From a virus, in the IMG/VR virus record IMGVR_UViG_3300027782_000058, positions 1-64,000 of that record: 64,000 nt of DNA, one strand, 5' to 3'. The notes under the pieces were generated by a model. That model searched no databases. It worked only from the letters and a program-made list of their open reading frames with translations, and had not been told where the DNA came from. Below are positions 35,220-45,900 of the stretch, piece by piece (within the stretch, counting starts at the first letter, position 1; each line of letters starts with the position of its first letter). Made by a program: the position numbers and the translations under genes.

Positions 35220-35760
35220 TAACGCACGTTAACGCGCGTTAGCGCGCGTTAGGAATGAGCGACAGGACATGCCCCTATGCCCCTCAGAGAGGCTCTAGAG
35301 CATTAGAACACCCTCATCCTCATGTTCCCCCAGACTCACCCTGACAGGCCCTCAGAGAGGCTCTAGAGCCTCAGGGCAGGAAGGCAGGGCAGGAAGGTAG
35401 GGCAGGGGCTTCCTGTCGGGAGGTAGGGGCAGGGAGGCAGGGGCAGGCAGGCAGGGAGAGAGAGAGAGAGAGGGCAGGGACACTCGACAGGCTCACTCGA
35501 CAGGCTCGACACACTCGACTGACCCTCGACTCGACTCGACTCACTCGACAGGCAGGCACTCGACTCGACTCACTCGACAGGCAGGCACTCGACTCGACTC
35601 ACTCGACAGGCAGGCAGGCAGGCACTCGACTCGACACACTCGACACACTAGACATGGCCCTCGACAGGCAGGAAGGCAGGCAGGGGAAAGGTTTTTTCCC
35701 TGCCCTAGTATGTCCGTTTTGCTCTTGATGTCCGTTTTGATCCTTTCTGTCCGTTTTGTA
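35220..35760. repeat. Non-coding repeat-rich junction (origin/pac/terminus candidate)
   Basis: CCCTCAGAGAG(G)GCTCTAGAGC x2; purine-rich GGCAGG/GAGA tract; 29-bp TCACTCGACAGGCAGGCACTCGACTCGAC x2 plus a variant; TGTCCGTTTTG x3. Confidence 0.85.
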
Positions 35761-35880
35761 CGAAACGATCAGGGGAGGCCCGCCACATAAGCAGAGCCCA
35801 CTCACACGCCTAACGAATTTCAACTAAAGGTTCACTTTTTTGCTTGCATCGTCCAACTTCTTCGCCCTAGACTCATCCCC

Positions 35881-36345
35881 ATGACGCTTCCAGAAGAGGA
35901 GACCCTCCTCCTCCGCTCGCTCTCTCAACCAGACCTTCACCCGCGTCTGAAGGCGCTCAACTCCGTTGGCTGGCCGATCTCGACTCTCGCCAACGCACTC
36001 TCCCCCGCACGACCGAAGGCGACCGTCCACTACTGGATCTCCAGATGCCACACGTCCGACCGCCTCGACATCCCGCTCCCCCACCCCCTCAAGCGCGAGA
36101 AGGCAGCACGTCCAGTACGTCCAACCGTCTCCCCGGAGGACGCCGCCACGCTCCGCTCCCTGTCGCAACTCGCACGCCGCCACCGAGCCCGCCAGCGCCC
36201 CGACGCGCCTCAGGCCATCGCGTCCCGAGAACTCACCATCCTCGCCGCACAACTGAACTCCACGGGCGTGCCCACCGCCGCAATCGCCAAGGCGGCAGGA
36301 ATTTCCTATCGCGCCATGCACAAAAGGATCACAAACTCTGGTTGA
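35881..36345 (+). CDS. Putative HTH DNA-binding protein
   Basis: GWPISTLANAL..KATVHYW and GVPTAAIAKAAGISYRAM HTH-like segments. Confidence 0.7.
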   Translation: MTLPEEETLLLRSLSQPDLHPRLKALNSVGWPISTLANALSPARPKATVHYWISRCHTSDRLDIPLPHPLKREKAARPVRPTVSPEDAATLRSLSQLARRHRARQRPDAPQAIASRELTILAAQLNSTGVPTAAIAKAAGISYRAMHKRITNSG

Positions 36346-36353
36346 ATAGGCTA

Positions 36354-36734
36354 ATGCGCGTACGAGCAGATGTCTTCCCAGCGATCATCGTCGTGACGCC
36401 CAACGGCTCTGTGTCCGAGGACACCATCCAGTCCCTCTCCGCACGCAACACCGCGACGTATCCCGAGGGTGCCCGACGCCTCGACCGCTGCCGGGTCGCA
36501 ATCATCCAAGACACGATCCTCGTAGCAGTCGACTCGCCGACCGGACCGACCCTCGTCTTCCGCGACGACATCTCCTACCACTCCAAGGACGCCACCCGAG
36601 AGCATCGGGCCGTGACCGTCTCGGGCAAGGGCCTCGCGTTCATCAAGGACGAGAACTGCGGCTGCGGATCGCGCCTCCGCAGTTGGAACCCCTACGGCGC
36701 TACCGTGACCGCCTACGCGGAGGACTCCGAATGA
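36354..36734 (+). CDS. Hypothetical protein
   Basis: DVFPA...CGCGSRLRSWNP. Confidence 0.75.
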   Translation: MRVRADVFPAIIVVTPNGSVSEDTIQSLSARNTATYPEGARRLDRCRVAIIQDTILVAVDSPTGPTLVFRDDISYHSKDATREHRAVTVSGKGLAFIKDENCGCGSRLRSWNPYGATVTAYAEDSE

Positions 36735-37033
36735 CCCAGCAGCGAAGCCTCGTCTCACTCGCCATCTCCGGGCTTGCCACCTACCGCGCCACACGACTCG
36801 TGACGACCGACCAGATCACCGCCCCGATCCGCGACCGCGTCTGGGAGAAGCATCCCCCGCACACGTCAAAAATTGGATACCTTTTCACATGTGACTGGTG
36901 TACGTCAATCTACGTCGCATCAGCACTTGAGATTTCCCGTATCATTGCACCTAGGTTGACCTCCAGTGCCGAGACAGTCCTCGCCCTCTCTGCCGTGGCA
37001 GGTCTGCTGTCCGCGCACGAGGACGACATCTAG
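36731..37033 (+). CDS. DUF1360-like membrane protein
   Basis: YRATRLVTTDQITAPIR...LFTCDWCTS. Confidence 0.8.
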   Translation: MTQQRSLVSLAISGLATYRATRLVTTDQITAPIRDRVWEKHPPHTSKIGYLFTCDWCTSIYVASALEISRIIAPRLTSSAETVLALSAVAGLLSAHEDDI

Positions 37034-37074
37034 AGGTCTTCGCGCTCCGACACAACGAGATTGAGAAGGGCCAA

Positions 37075-38739
37075 GTGGGAATCTTCCGCAGTGAGTCAGA
37101 CAGTCCGTCGAGCGGACTCGTCCCTGTCATCTCGCCCGCACGCTCCCTCTCGTACTCGGCACCCCGCTCCCTGACGGCTGCCGCCGCCCAGATCAAGGTC
37201 AATGACAAGGGCGAGTTTGAGCAGTTCAAGTCACGCCGCAGCGCCGGTTCCAGCGCGTGGCAGGCAGAGGCTTGGGAGTACTACGACGCCATCGGTGAAG
37301 TGAAGTACGCCTTCAACCTCGTTGCTTCCGTTGTCTCCCGAATTCGCATCTACTCGGCCATCGTCGAGGATCCCAGCCAGACTCCCGTGTCCGTCACCGC
37401 GTCCCCCAAGGTAGACGCGCGTCTGGCACAGGCCGCAGAGCGCGCGCTTGACCGCCTGACCAGCGCCTACGGTGGCCAGCCCGGACTCCTGCGCGACGCC
37501 GCGCTGAACCTGAGCGTCGCAGGCGAGTGCTACCTCATCCAGATCCCCGCCCAGATCAGCACCGGCACCCCCGAGTCGTGGGACATCCGGAGCATCGACG
37601 AGGTGAAGACCGACCCGCGTGGCGGGTACTCGGTAATCGGACGCCGTGAGGCCGCGAACTCCAACCAGCAGTCAGGTTCCGCTCGCAGCCTAGGCTCCAA
37701 GGCGTTCGTTGGTCGCATCTGGCGCTCGCACCCCCGCTACTCCGACGAGGCTGACTCGTCCCTGCGCGGCCTTCTGGACCTGTGCGCCGAACTCCTGCTG
37801 CTCAACCGCACCTTCCGCGCCACCGCACGCAGCCGCCTCAACGCTGGCGCGCTCTACCTGCCTGACGGCTTGTCCGTCGCGGCTCAGGGCGACCCAGACA
37901 TCTACGAGGATGACTCGGACCTGAACCCTCCGTACACGCAGGAGGAGGCTGAGGACGAGTTCGAGGAGCAGTTGATCGACGCGATGACGACGCCGATCCG
38001 CGACGAGGAGTCCGCCTCCGCCGTCGTGCCGCTGATCATTCGCGGTCCTGCCGAATTGGGTGACAAGATCAAGCAGTTCAAGTTCGAACGGTCCTTCGAC
38101 CCGGCTCTGGCCGAGCGCTCCGACCGCGTGCTTGAGCGCATCCTGCAGGGTCTGGATGTCCCCAAGGATGTCATCACGGGGCTGGCGAACGTCAAGTACA
38201 GCAACGCACTGCAGATTGACGAGAGCCTGTACAAGGCTCACATCGAGCCGCTGATGCTGCTGATCGTTGACGCGCTGACCGTCGTCTACCTGCGTCCCTA
38301 CCTCGTAGCCTCCGGCTTCGCCCCCGACGAGGTTGACCGGATCGTCGTCTGGTACGACCCCTCAGCCGTCTCCACGCGCAACGACCGCGCATCGGATGCT
38401 GACGCCGGGTACGACCGCTACGCCGTGTCACTCGACACTTGGCGTCGGGCGCATGGCTTCTCAGATGCTGACGCTCCCACGCCCAACGAGTTGGCGATCC
38501 GCATGCTCGCAGAGCGCGGCACCCTGACCCCTGAACTCACCGAGGCCATGCTCTCGGCCCTCGCCCCTCAGGTCATGGAGGCCGTGCGCGCCGCTCAGCA
38601 GGGTGCCAGCGCCGGAGCAATCCCACCGGAGGTTCAGCAGTTGCTCAAGGCTCAGGGGCAGCAGCCCGGCGCAGCGCCAGAAGCCCCGGCTCCAGCACCA
38701 GCACCCGCACCAGAGCAGGGCGGTCAGCCCAATGCCTGA
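37075..38739 (+). CDS. Portal protein
   Basis: WQAEAWEYYDAIGEV, NLSVAGE, RIWRSHPR..EADS, SAVVPLII: actinophage portal pattern; first gene of the head cluster. Confidence 0.85.
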   Translation: MGIFRSESDSPSSGLVPVISPARSLSYSAPRSLTAAAAQIKVNDKGEFEQFKSRRSAGSSAWQAEAWEYYDAIGEVKYAFNLVASVVSRIRIYSAIVEDPSQTPVSVTASPKVDARLAQAAERALDRLTSAYGGQPGLLRDAALNLSVAGECYLIQIPAQISTGTPESWDIRSIDEVKTDPRGGYSVIGRREAANSNQQSGSARSLGSKAFVGRIWRSHPRYSDEADSSLRGLLDLCAELLLLNRTFRATARSRLNAGALYLPDGLSVAAQGDPDIYEDDSDLNPPYTQEEAEDEFEEQLIDAMTTPIRDEESASAVVPLIIRGPAELGDKIKQFKFERSFDPALAERSDRVLERILQGLDVPKDVITGLANVKYSNALQIDESLYKAHIEPLMLLIVDALTVVYLRPYLVASGFAPDEVDRIVVWYDPSAVSTRNDRASDADAGYDRYAVSLDTWRRAHGFSDADAPTPNELAIRMLAERGTLTPELTEAMLSALAPQVMEAVRAAQQGASAGAIPPEVQQLLKAQGQQPGAAPEAPAPAPAPAPEQGGQPNA

Positions 38740-39988
38740 TAGGAAGGCCCCTCCGGGGGACAGGATCAAAGGCTCTGAGAGCAATCGTCCGAAGAGTTCG
38801 GAGAGCCAGAGTTCCGCGCGTTCCATCGAGTTCTCCGAGGCAACCGAGAAGGCGCTCCAGAACAAGGTTGAGAAGAACAACGAGGACGCTTCCACTGCCA
38901 AGAAGACATCGCTCGCCACCCTCAAGGCTGTGTACCGCCGTGGCGCTGGTGCGTTCTCGTCTAGTCACCGACCCGGAATGACGAGGAACCAGTGGGCGAT
39001 GGCCCGCGTCAACGCATTCCTTTATCTGCTGAACAACGGTGCCCCTGAGAACAAATCTTATGTGTCGGACAACGATCTGCTGCCCACTGGGCACCCCCGC
39101 TCGACGAGGAAGAAGGAGAGCATGAGCCTGAGCCCGAACTCCAAGGACGCCCGGATGATCTACTTCGGCGCTGATACGGAGGAAGCGATCTCAACCCGCG
39201 TCTCCGCCTACAACGCCAAGGCTCCCAAGGGCTTCGAGGTCTCGCTGCCCACAGCCCGCGCTGTCTTCCGTCGCGGCGCTCTGGCGATGACCGCCTCAGG
39301 CACCAGCCGCCGCACTCGCAACGACTGGGGCTTCGCCCGTCTCGATGCGTTCCTGTCCCTCGTGCGACACGGACGCCCACACAACCCTTCGTACACTGAG
39401 GACAATGACCTGATTCCGCTCACTGCCAGCGCCGCTCGCAGCGAGGAGAACGCTGCAGGCACCGTCACTGGTGAGGAGAGCGATCTGGCCGGTGCTCTTC
39501 TGGACATCGCAGAGAAGTACGGCAAGTTCAACCAAGACGCCACCGGCATCTGGGCCGGGTACGTCCCTGCAGCGGAGAACGAGGTTGCTGAGATCGGTGT
39601 GATGTGCGCCAACTGCGTGCTCTACCGTGGCGAGGACCAGTGCGCGATCATCGCGCTTCCGGTGGAGCCTGCGGGTCGCTGCCGTTTCGCGGTCATCCCA
39701 GATGGTGTCGTGAAGCCCGAGCCGCCCATCGAGGATGAGGTGCGCGCACTTCCGAATCTCATCTCGTTCATCAAGGAGCAGGACGACTACGAGTCGAACG
39801 AAGACGCGATTCTTGACATGACCGAGTACTCCGGTCTCGGCTATGACGCGGAGCCTGCCATTCGTGCTGCGTGGATTCGTGCCACGAATGATGACTCAGA
39901 TCCATTCAAGCGTGCATTATCTATGGCAGAATTGACAGACCAAAGCATTGACGCCGACCTACTGCCCCGCTTTGAGAAGGGTGTCTAG
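38732..39988 (+). CDS. Head-associated protein with duplicated LKAVYRRG..WAMARVNAFL domain and Cys4 (HiPIP-like) motif
   Basis: Two internal repeats; CANC..C..GRC; overlaps the portal stop. Confidence 0.75.
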   Translation: MPDRKAPPGDRIKGSESNRPKSSESQSSARSIEFSEATEKALQNKVEKNNEDASTAKKTSLATLKAVYRRGAGAFSSSHRPGMTRNQWAMARVNAFLYLLNNGAPENKSYVSDNDLLPTGHPRSTRKKESMSLSPNSKDARMIYFGADTEEAISTRVSAYNAKAPKGFEVSLPTARAVFRRGALAMTASGTSRRTRNDWGFARLDAFLSLVRHGRPHNPSYTEDNDLIPLTASAARSEENAAGTVTGEESDLAGALLDIAEKYGKFNQDATGIWAGYVPAAENEVAEIGVMCANCVLYRGEDQCAIIALPVEPAGRCRFAVIPDGVVKPEPPIEDEVRALPNLISFIKEQDDYESNEDAILDMTEYSGLGYDAEPAIRAAWIRATNDDSDPFKRALSMAELTDQSIDADLLPRFEKGV

Positions 39989-39990
39989 CA

Positions 39991-42900
39991 GTGAAGGACA
40001 ACATCGATGGCGCAAGCGCCAAGTCGACAGCCCGACTCAATGCTCGGATTGATGCGCTGGTCGCGTCTGCGAATGATGGAACCCCGGCCCAGCGTCGGGT
40101 GAACCTTGGTGCTGCCCGTGAGGTGGTCCGACGCTCGCTGAAGTCAACACAGGGTAGGGCATTCTCTCAGCGCGAACACATCGCACTGACAGCGCTCTCG
40201 CACTTCATCACTCTGGCACAGCGTGACAAGTCAGTCGCGCTCTACCCGGCCAACACTGACCTTCTTCCTCTCGGCCACCCCCGGTCGACCGCTTCCAACG
40301 CCCTCACAGCCTTCGCCCTCCGCGAGCACCGCGCTCGCTGGTTTGCCGCTGACCACCGCGTCTTGGACGAGCACCGCGCGCTGGTTGCGTCTGCTCTTGC
40401 TGCTGAGTACGGCTCGATGGAGCACTTCTACGCGCTCTCGATGCTGGAGCAACTGAACGATGGCTCCGCCCTCGTTGCCCTCGTTGCATCCTTCGGTGAC
40501 GGCAACTCGCGTGCTGCCCGTTCGGCTCGTGCCCGTCGTCAGCGCCGCGACCGTTTCGGTCGATTCGCCTATCAAGGCGGCGGTCTCCGCAGCCTTCTCC
40601 GCTTCGGAGACGGCAGCGTTCGCTCGCTCACTGGTAGTTATGTCAAGGACTCTGATGACGGTGAGTCGTTTGATGTCGAGACCCCGGACGGAACCCTCTA
40701 CCGGATCCCAGCGAGCAAGGCCGAGTCTGTCAAGGCCGTACTTTTTGACAGTCCCGATGGCTTCAGTCCCATGCCCGCCAAGTATGACTCATCTGATCCG
40801 ATCATCGACGTTGCTGACCTTGTCAAGATTGACATGCCATCCGGCTACATCGAGAAGTCTCGCGACAAGGATGGATCGGTCACATACGGTCTGGCCAATG
40901 GTGACGACTACCTGATTCGTGCGACTCCTGCAGGCAACGGCACGACTGCGTACGAGGTCGTGCGGAATGATGGCAAAGACACCCCGGTTGGTCTTGCCAG
41001 CAACTGGTCTGACGTACACAAGATGGTTGTGCAAGACGGCAAGAAGGCCAACCGCGAGGACGCCGCCAAGGCTCGTCTTGAGGGCAAGTCCGGTCCTGAG
41101 TCTGACTACCTAGACTTCCTTCCCGATGTCAACATCGCGGCCAAGGATGAGGGCAGCGAGGTTCGTCGTCAGGCACAGTCGATCATGGACTTCTTCGAAC
41201 TGGATGAACTTCCAGATGGAATGTCCGCCCAGCAACTGGCCGACCGCACACGTCTGAACGCTGATGCTCTCAAGGATGGCTCGCTCAAGGGCGGCGAAGA
41301 CCTCGCTCAGGACTTCTACGACGCTGCTGACGCCATCGAGCGCAAGTCTGGTCTCGCCAAGCCCGAGAAGAAGGCCGACCTGACCCCCGCTCCCTCCACT
41401 GCCCCAGCCCCCGAGGCCGGTAAGTGGGAGCCCAGCGACACCCGCATTGACCTGCCCTACAAGGAACCGATCATCGGCCCGGACGGCAACCTGACCGGAG
41501 AGTACAAGGACGGAACGGCGAATATCGTAGACATCAATGGCCGCAAGGTCGTGGTGGTGGATATCAACGGAACTCCTGTCCCCTTCTACCTGTCTTCCGG
41601 CGACGGCGGCAAGAAGGATGTAGAGGCTGGTAAGTGGTACCCCTTCTTCGGCTGGGGCATGGACGGCTGGATGAACAAGGGTAAGTCCGACGAGATCAAC
41701 GACTACTACGGGTCTCCTGAACTCCGGGCGCAGGCCGAGTGGCTCGACGCGAACATCGGAGATATCCGAGACGACAAGAGCATCCCGCGCGATTCCTCAA
41801 GTCAGGGCAACCTCGACATGTGGATCAACGATCACGTTGGTCTCAAGCCTGCATCCAACGACACCCCCACCACACGCACTGAGTTCGACGCAAACGTCGC
41901 TGAGATCAAGCGTCGGATTGAAGCAGGCAATGGTGGCTCCAACAAGGAGCAGGCCCGCCTAGATGCCACTCCTACTCCAGAGTCAGGAGGCACATCGGCC
42001 TCACCGGAGCAGATCGCCGAACTCCGCAGGCTGATGGACGAGCGTAATGTTCGTGATAACGTTCCCGATCTTGCCGATGGCATCGAAAAACTGATCGCGG
42101 ACAACACCCTAGGTAAGGAACAAGCAGACCGGCTGATCAGTGGAATCAGGGAAAACCGGGACGTGTTCCCTGAGCCCGACACCACTCCCGAGAAGGCTCC
42201 CAGTAAGTCCGACGACTTCAACGCACCTGAGGGCGCTTACGCGCTGAACCAGACTGCAATCGACAACTTCGAGCCTCAGGGTCGCGTAGATGAGAGCAGT
42301 ACGGACTTCACCGACGACCCCTCCGAACTCGCGCAGCGGTTCGACACAGATGACCTGACGGCTGCTCTTGAGCAGGCCCTCATCGGTGAGGACGGCGCTG
42401 ACGGCGACGTTCAGGGCCGTGGTGCTGGCAATCTCCAGTTCAACAGGGGAGACGAGTGGGTTCCTGCTGAGGCGCTTTATCAAGCACTCGACCAGCAGGA
42501 CGAGGATGCCCGCGCCATCGCCAACGATATCTACGACAGTGCGCGCAAGGGTCAGATGAAGGAGCAGGCCCGCCTTGACGGTGCTCCGCTTCCTGAGAAG
42601 GCGACCAAGGATGAGACTCCCGTCTCTGCCCCCGAGAAGCCAGCGGCGCAGTCTGAGATGAAGCCTCTTAAGGAACTGAAGAAGGGAGATGTGGTTCGCT
42701 TAGAGGACGGCACTCTTCGCACTGTCTCTGAGGTCTATGGCGTCCGTAGTTACAATTCGAGGACCAACAGTTTCGATGGATCCACCGAGGTCGAATTCAC
42801 TGACGGCTCTACCATGCGTCGTTCTAACGAGGATGCGCGGAACAAGCCTGACTTCGAGGTAGTTTCGTCCGAGTCCGAGTCCGGCGTCAACATTCCAGAG

Positions 42901-45900
42901 AATCTCCCTAGCCTGCTGGAAGACCTGTCTCCAGAGGACCGCGCTAACTACGAGCAGACCGGCGACTACCGTCCCTACCTGCCCGAGAACGCAGACATTC
43001 CTGACTACCCGTCTTCCATGTACCAGATGGATCAGTCTCCTCTGTCGCCAGAAGAAATTGGCCCGCTGGCGGAAGACGCCCCGCAGGGGTTCGACAACGA
43101 CCCGATGCGTCTGGCAACGGAGTACAACTCTGAGACGCTCACTGAGGAACTCACCAATGCTCTGACCGGCGATAACGAGCGCGACCTAGGCTACGGCTAC
43201 TTCGGCTACACGGATGAGAATGGCGAGGAGTGGGCGGGCAACATCCCCGCCGAGGCCATCCGTGACGCGCTTCAGTTGCAGGGTGTCAACACTGATCAGA
43301 TCGTTCAGGATGCAATTGACAAGACAGCCAAGGCCCCAGAAGGAGTAGAAGTAGACGTACCAGAAAAGCCATCGCGTGAGCCTTCAGCAGAGCCTCTCAC
43401 TGATGTCCGGTACAGCGATGCGATCCTGCTGTCCAACCCTGAACTGCAGAACTCCATCGACGCTGCCCTTGAAGATGCCATGAACGAGGGCCGCAACATC
43501 GGCAGGAACGCCACTCGCTCCTCTGCCAATCGACTCGAAGTCCTGCTGAACGAGCAGGCCATGCGTCGGGCTGGCGCATCTCGCGCTGATCGTGTGAAGG
43601 CTCAGCGTCTGCTGGAGCAGATTCAGGCCCTGCGTGACACCAACATGCCCGCTGACTTCAGCAAGCCCTCGATGCGTGGCGGTAAGAAGGATCAGGACAA
43701 GGAGAAGAGCCTTGTCGATCAGTTCAACGCCATCCCCGGCGTAAGCCAGCAGCGCTACAGGCTCGACACCCCCAGCAAGACCGTCGAGAAGCAGGGTGGC
43801 GTACCCAGTCTCTACGCTCCGTCAACAATTGAGGTCGCACCCGGCCTCAACTGGGAGCAGCGCGATAATGGCCGGTCAAAGGGTGGAAAATTCGGATCCC
43901 AGTCTGGAAGCACCTACATCATCTCTGGCTCCCGCGCCAAGGATCTCAATCCTGACGAGATGAAGAAACTCGGATTCTACTGGGATGAAAACTCTCAGTC
44001 ATGGATCAACTACAACGGTGCTGTTGGCAATATGTCCTCCAAGGACAAGAAGAACATCACTGACTCCCTCAGCAAGTCCGGATTCGATGTCAACCCTGCA
44101 TTCACCAATGGAGGCTTCATTCCTTCATGGCTCAGGGACTCCGCTGACGTTGTCAACCCGAAGATTGTTGAGACAGTGTCGGCTCCTAGGCCGCGTCGTC
44201 CTTCTCCCCCCGGTCGTCCGATCACGGATGGAAGGCTTCGCGACCTGCTGGAGCAGGCTGACGGTGACCCCAAGAAGTTCCGTGAACTTCTTGGTAAGGA
44301 GAACGTCCACGTCTTCGACTTTGAGACGACCGGCATCCGGTTCGACGAGAACGGGAACATGATCGACTCCGGTGAACCGTGGGCGATTTCGGTTGCGCGC
44401 TACAACCCGGCCACGGGTGAGATGGAGCAGAAGACCTTCTACATGAACCCCGGCCAGTCCATCAAGGACACTTGGGCTGGCGGGACGAATGAAGACGGCA
44501 GTCCTCGCGCCATTGACTCAGATGGAAAACCGCTCACTGACGAGTGGCTCGCACAGCAGCCTTCGCAGGCTGAGGCTCTGCAGGCCGCTCTTGATTTCAT
44601 GGGTCAGGATCCGATCCTGTTCGGGCACAACTCAACCTTCGACCACGACACGTTCACCCGCAAGGCGGACGAACTCGGTCTGGACTACCGCCCGGCTGCC
44701 ATTGGTGACACGATGAGCCTTTCTCAACTGGTGCATGATGGCGAGCAACTGCCATCGCACTCGCTCGGTTATCTGGCCAAGCATCACGGGATTCCCAGTC
44801 AGGGCACCGCGCACACGGCTGATGCTGACACCCGCACGACTGCTGCGCTGCTCGACAAGTTGCTCACGAAGGCCGAGCGTGCAGAACTCGGCATGACGCC
44901 GGAGAACCTCGACAGGTGGCAGGGTAAGAACGAGGATCGATACAACAAGGCACTGGCTGACTACAACGAGGCCAATGCCCCACGGGTAGCCACTGAGGCA
45001 GTCCTTGAGGCCGCTCAGGATCCGACTGAGGTTCCTTCTCCGGAAGAGACCTCTGCCCGCGTTGACAAGATGATCAAGGACATGTCTGGCAACCCTGATG
45101 GTGCGCCTAACCCTGAGACAGACATCGTTGATGAATCATCAGATGGAGCCGAACCGCTTCCTAACGGTTACAGCCGTAGCAATCTGCATGAGTTGGCTCA
45201 GTCGGCACTGGATGAGTTTGATCGCAACAGTGATATCAACAGTTACACGCAGTTCACGCCTCAGGAGATCAAGGAGGTTCAGGACAAGATCGATGCTCTT
45301 CGTGAGATGTCCAATGACCCCTCGGTCAGCGACGAGCAGGTAGCCGCTGCACTGGATGACATCGCTGAAGACCTTGATGCAATGGTCAGCCGTCTCGGTG
45401 ACCCGAACGACGACCGCACTCCTCTGCGAAACATCGACATTATCGAGAATCTCAACCGAGAGCGGGACTACGTCACCGAGACCGCAGACATGCTGCGCGC
45501 TCGTAACGGCGAGAACAAGCCGGAGCCGGAGTCCGACGACACCACCAACGAGGTGGATGACGCACAGGTCCGCGACCAGATGGCTGGGGAGGCTGCCGGA
45601 ATTCGCAACATCGTCAACGAGACTGGCAGCACTAACGCCGACCTAACTGATGAAGAGCGCCAGAGGTTCTGGGACTATCAGACTCGCCTTGAGGAGGTCA
45701 TCGCTCTCGTTCGTGGCAACCGCAAGGACGAGATGGGTGACAGGGATCTGGCAACCTACGTCAACCGTGTGGCAATTGACCTGAAGAATGACTTCGGCCC
45801 CGGTGGTGAGTTAGAGGATGTCGCGTACTCGCGCGGCATGGACCGCAACAAGGTTGAGAACATTCTTGATCTGGCGGACAAGTTGGAAGTGCTCACCAAC

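Noticed and set aside
35481-35670. CRISPR array
   Set aside because: The repeats are contiguous low-complexity units without unique spacers, and no cas genes are in the window.
35881-37033. Large terminase expected upstream of the portal
   Set aside because: Only three short ORFs with no Walker A or nuclease motifs; the gene must lie outside the window.
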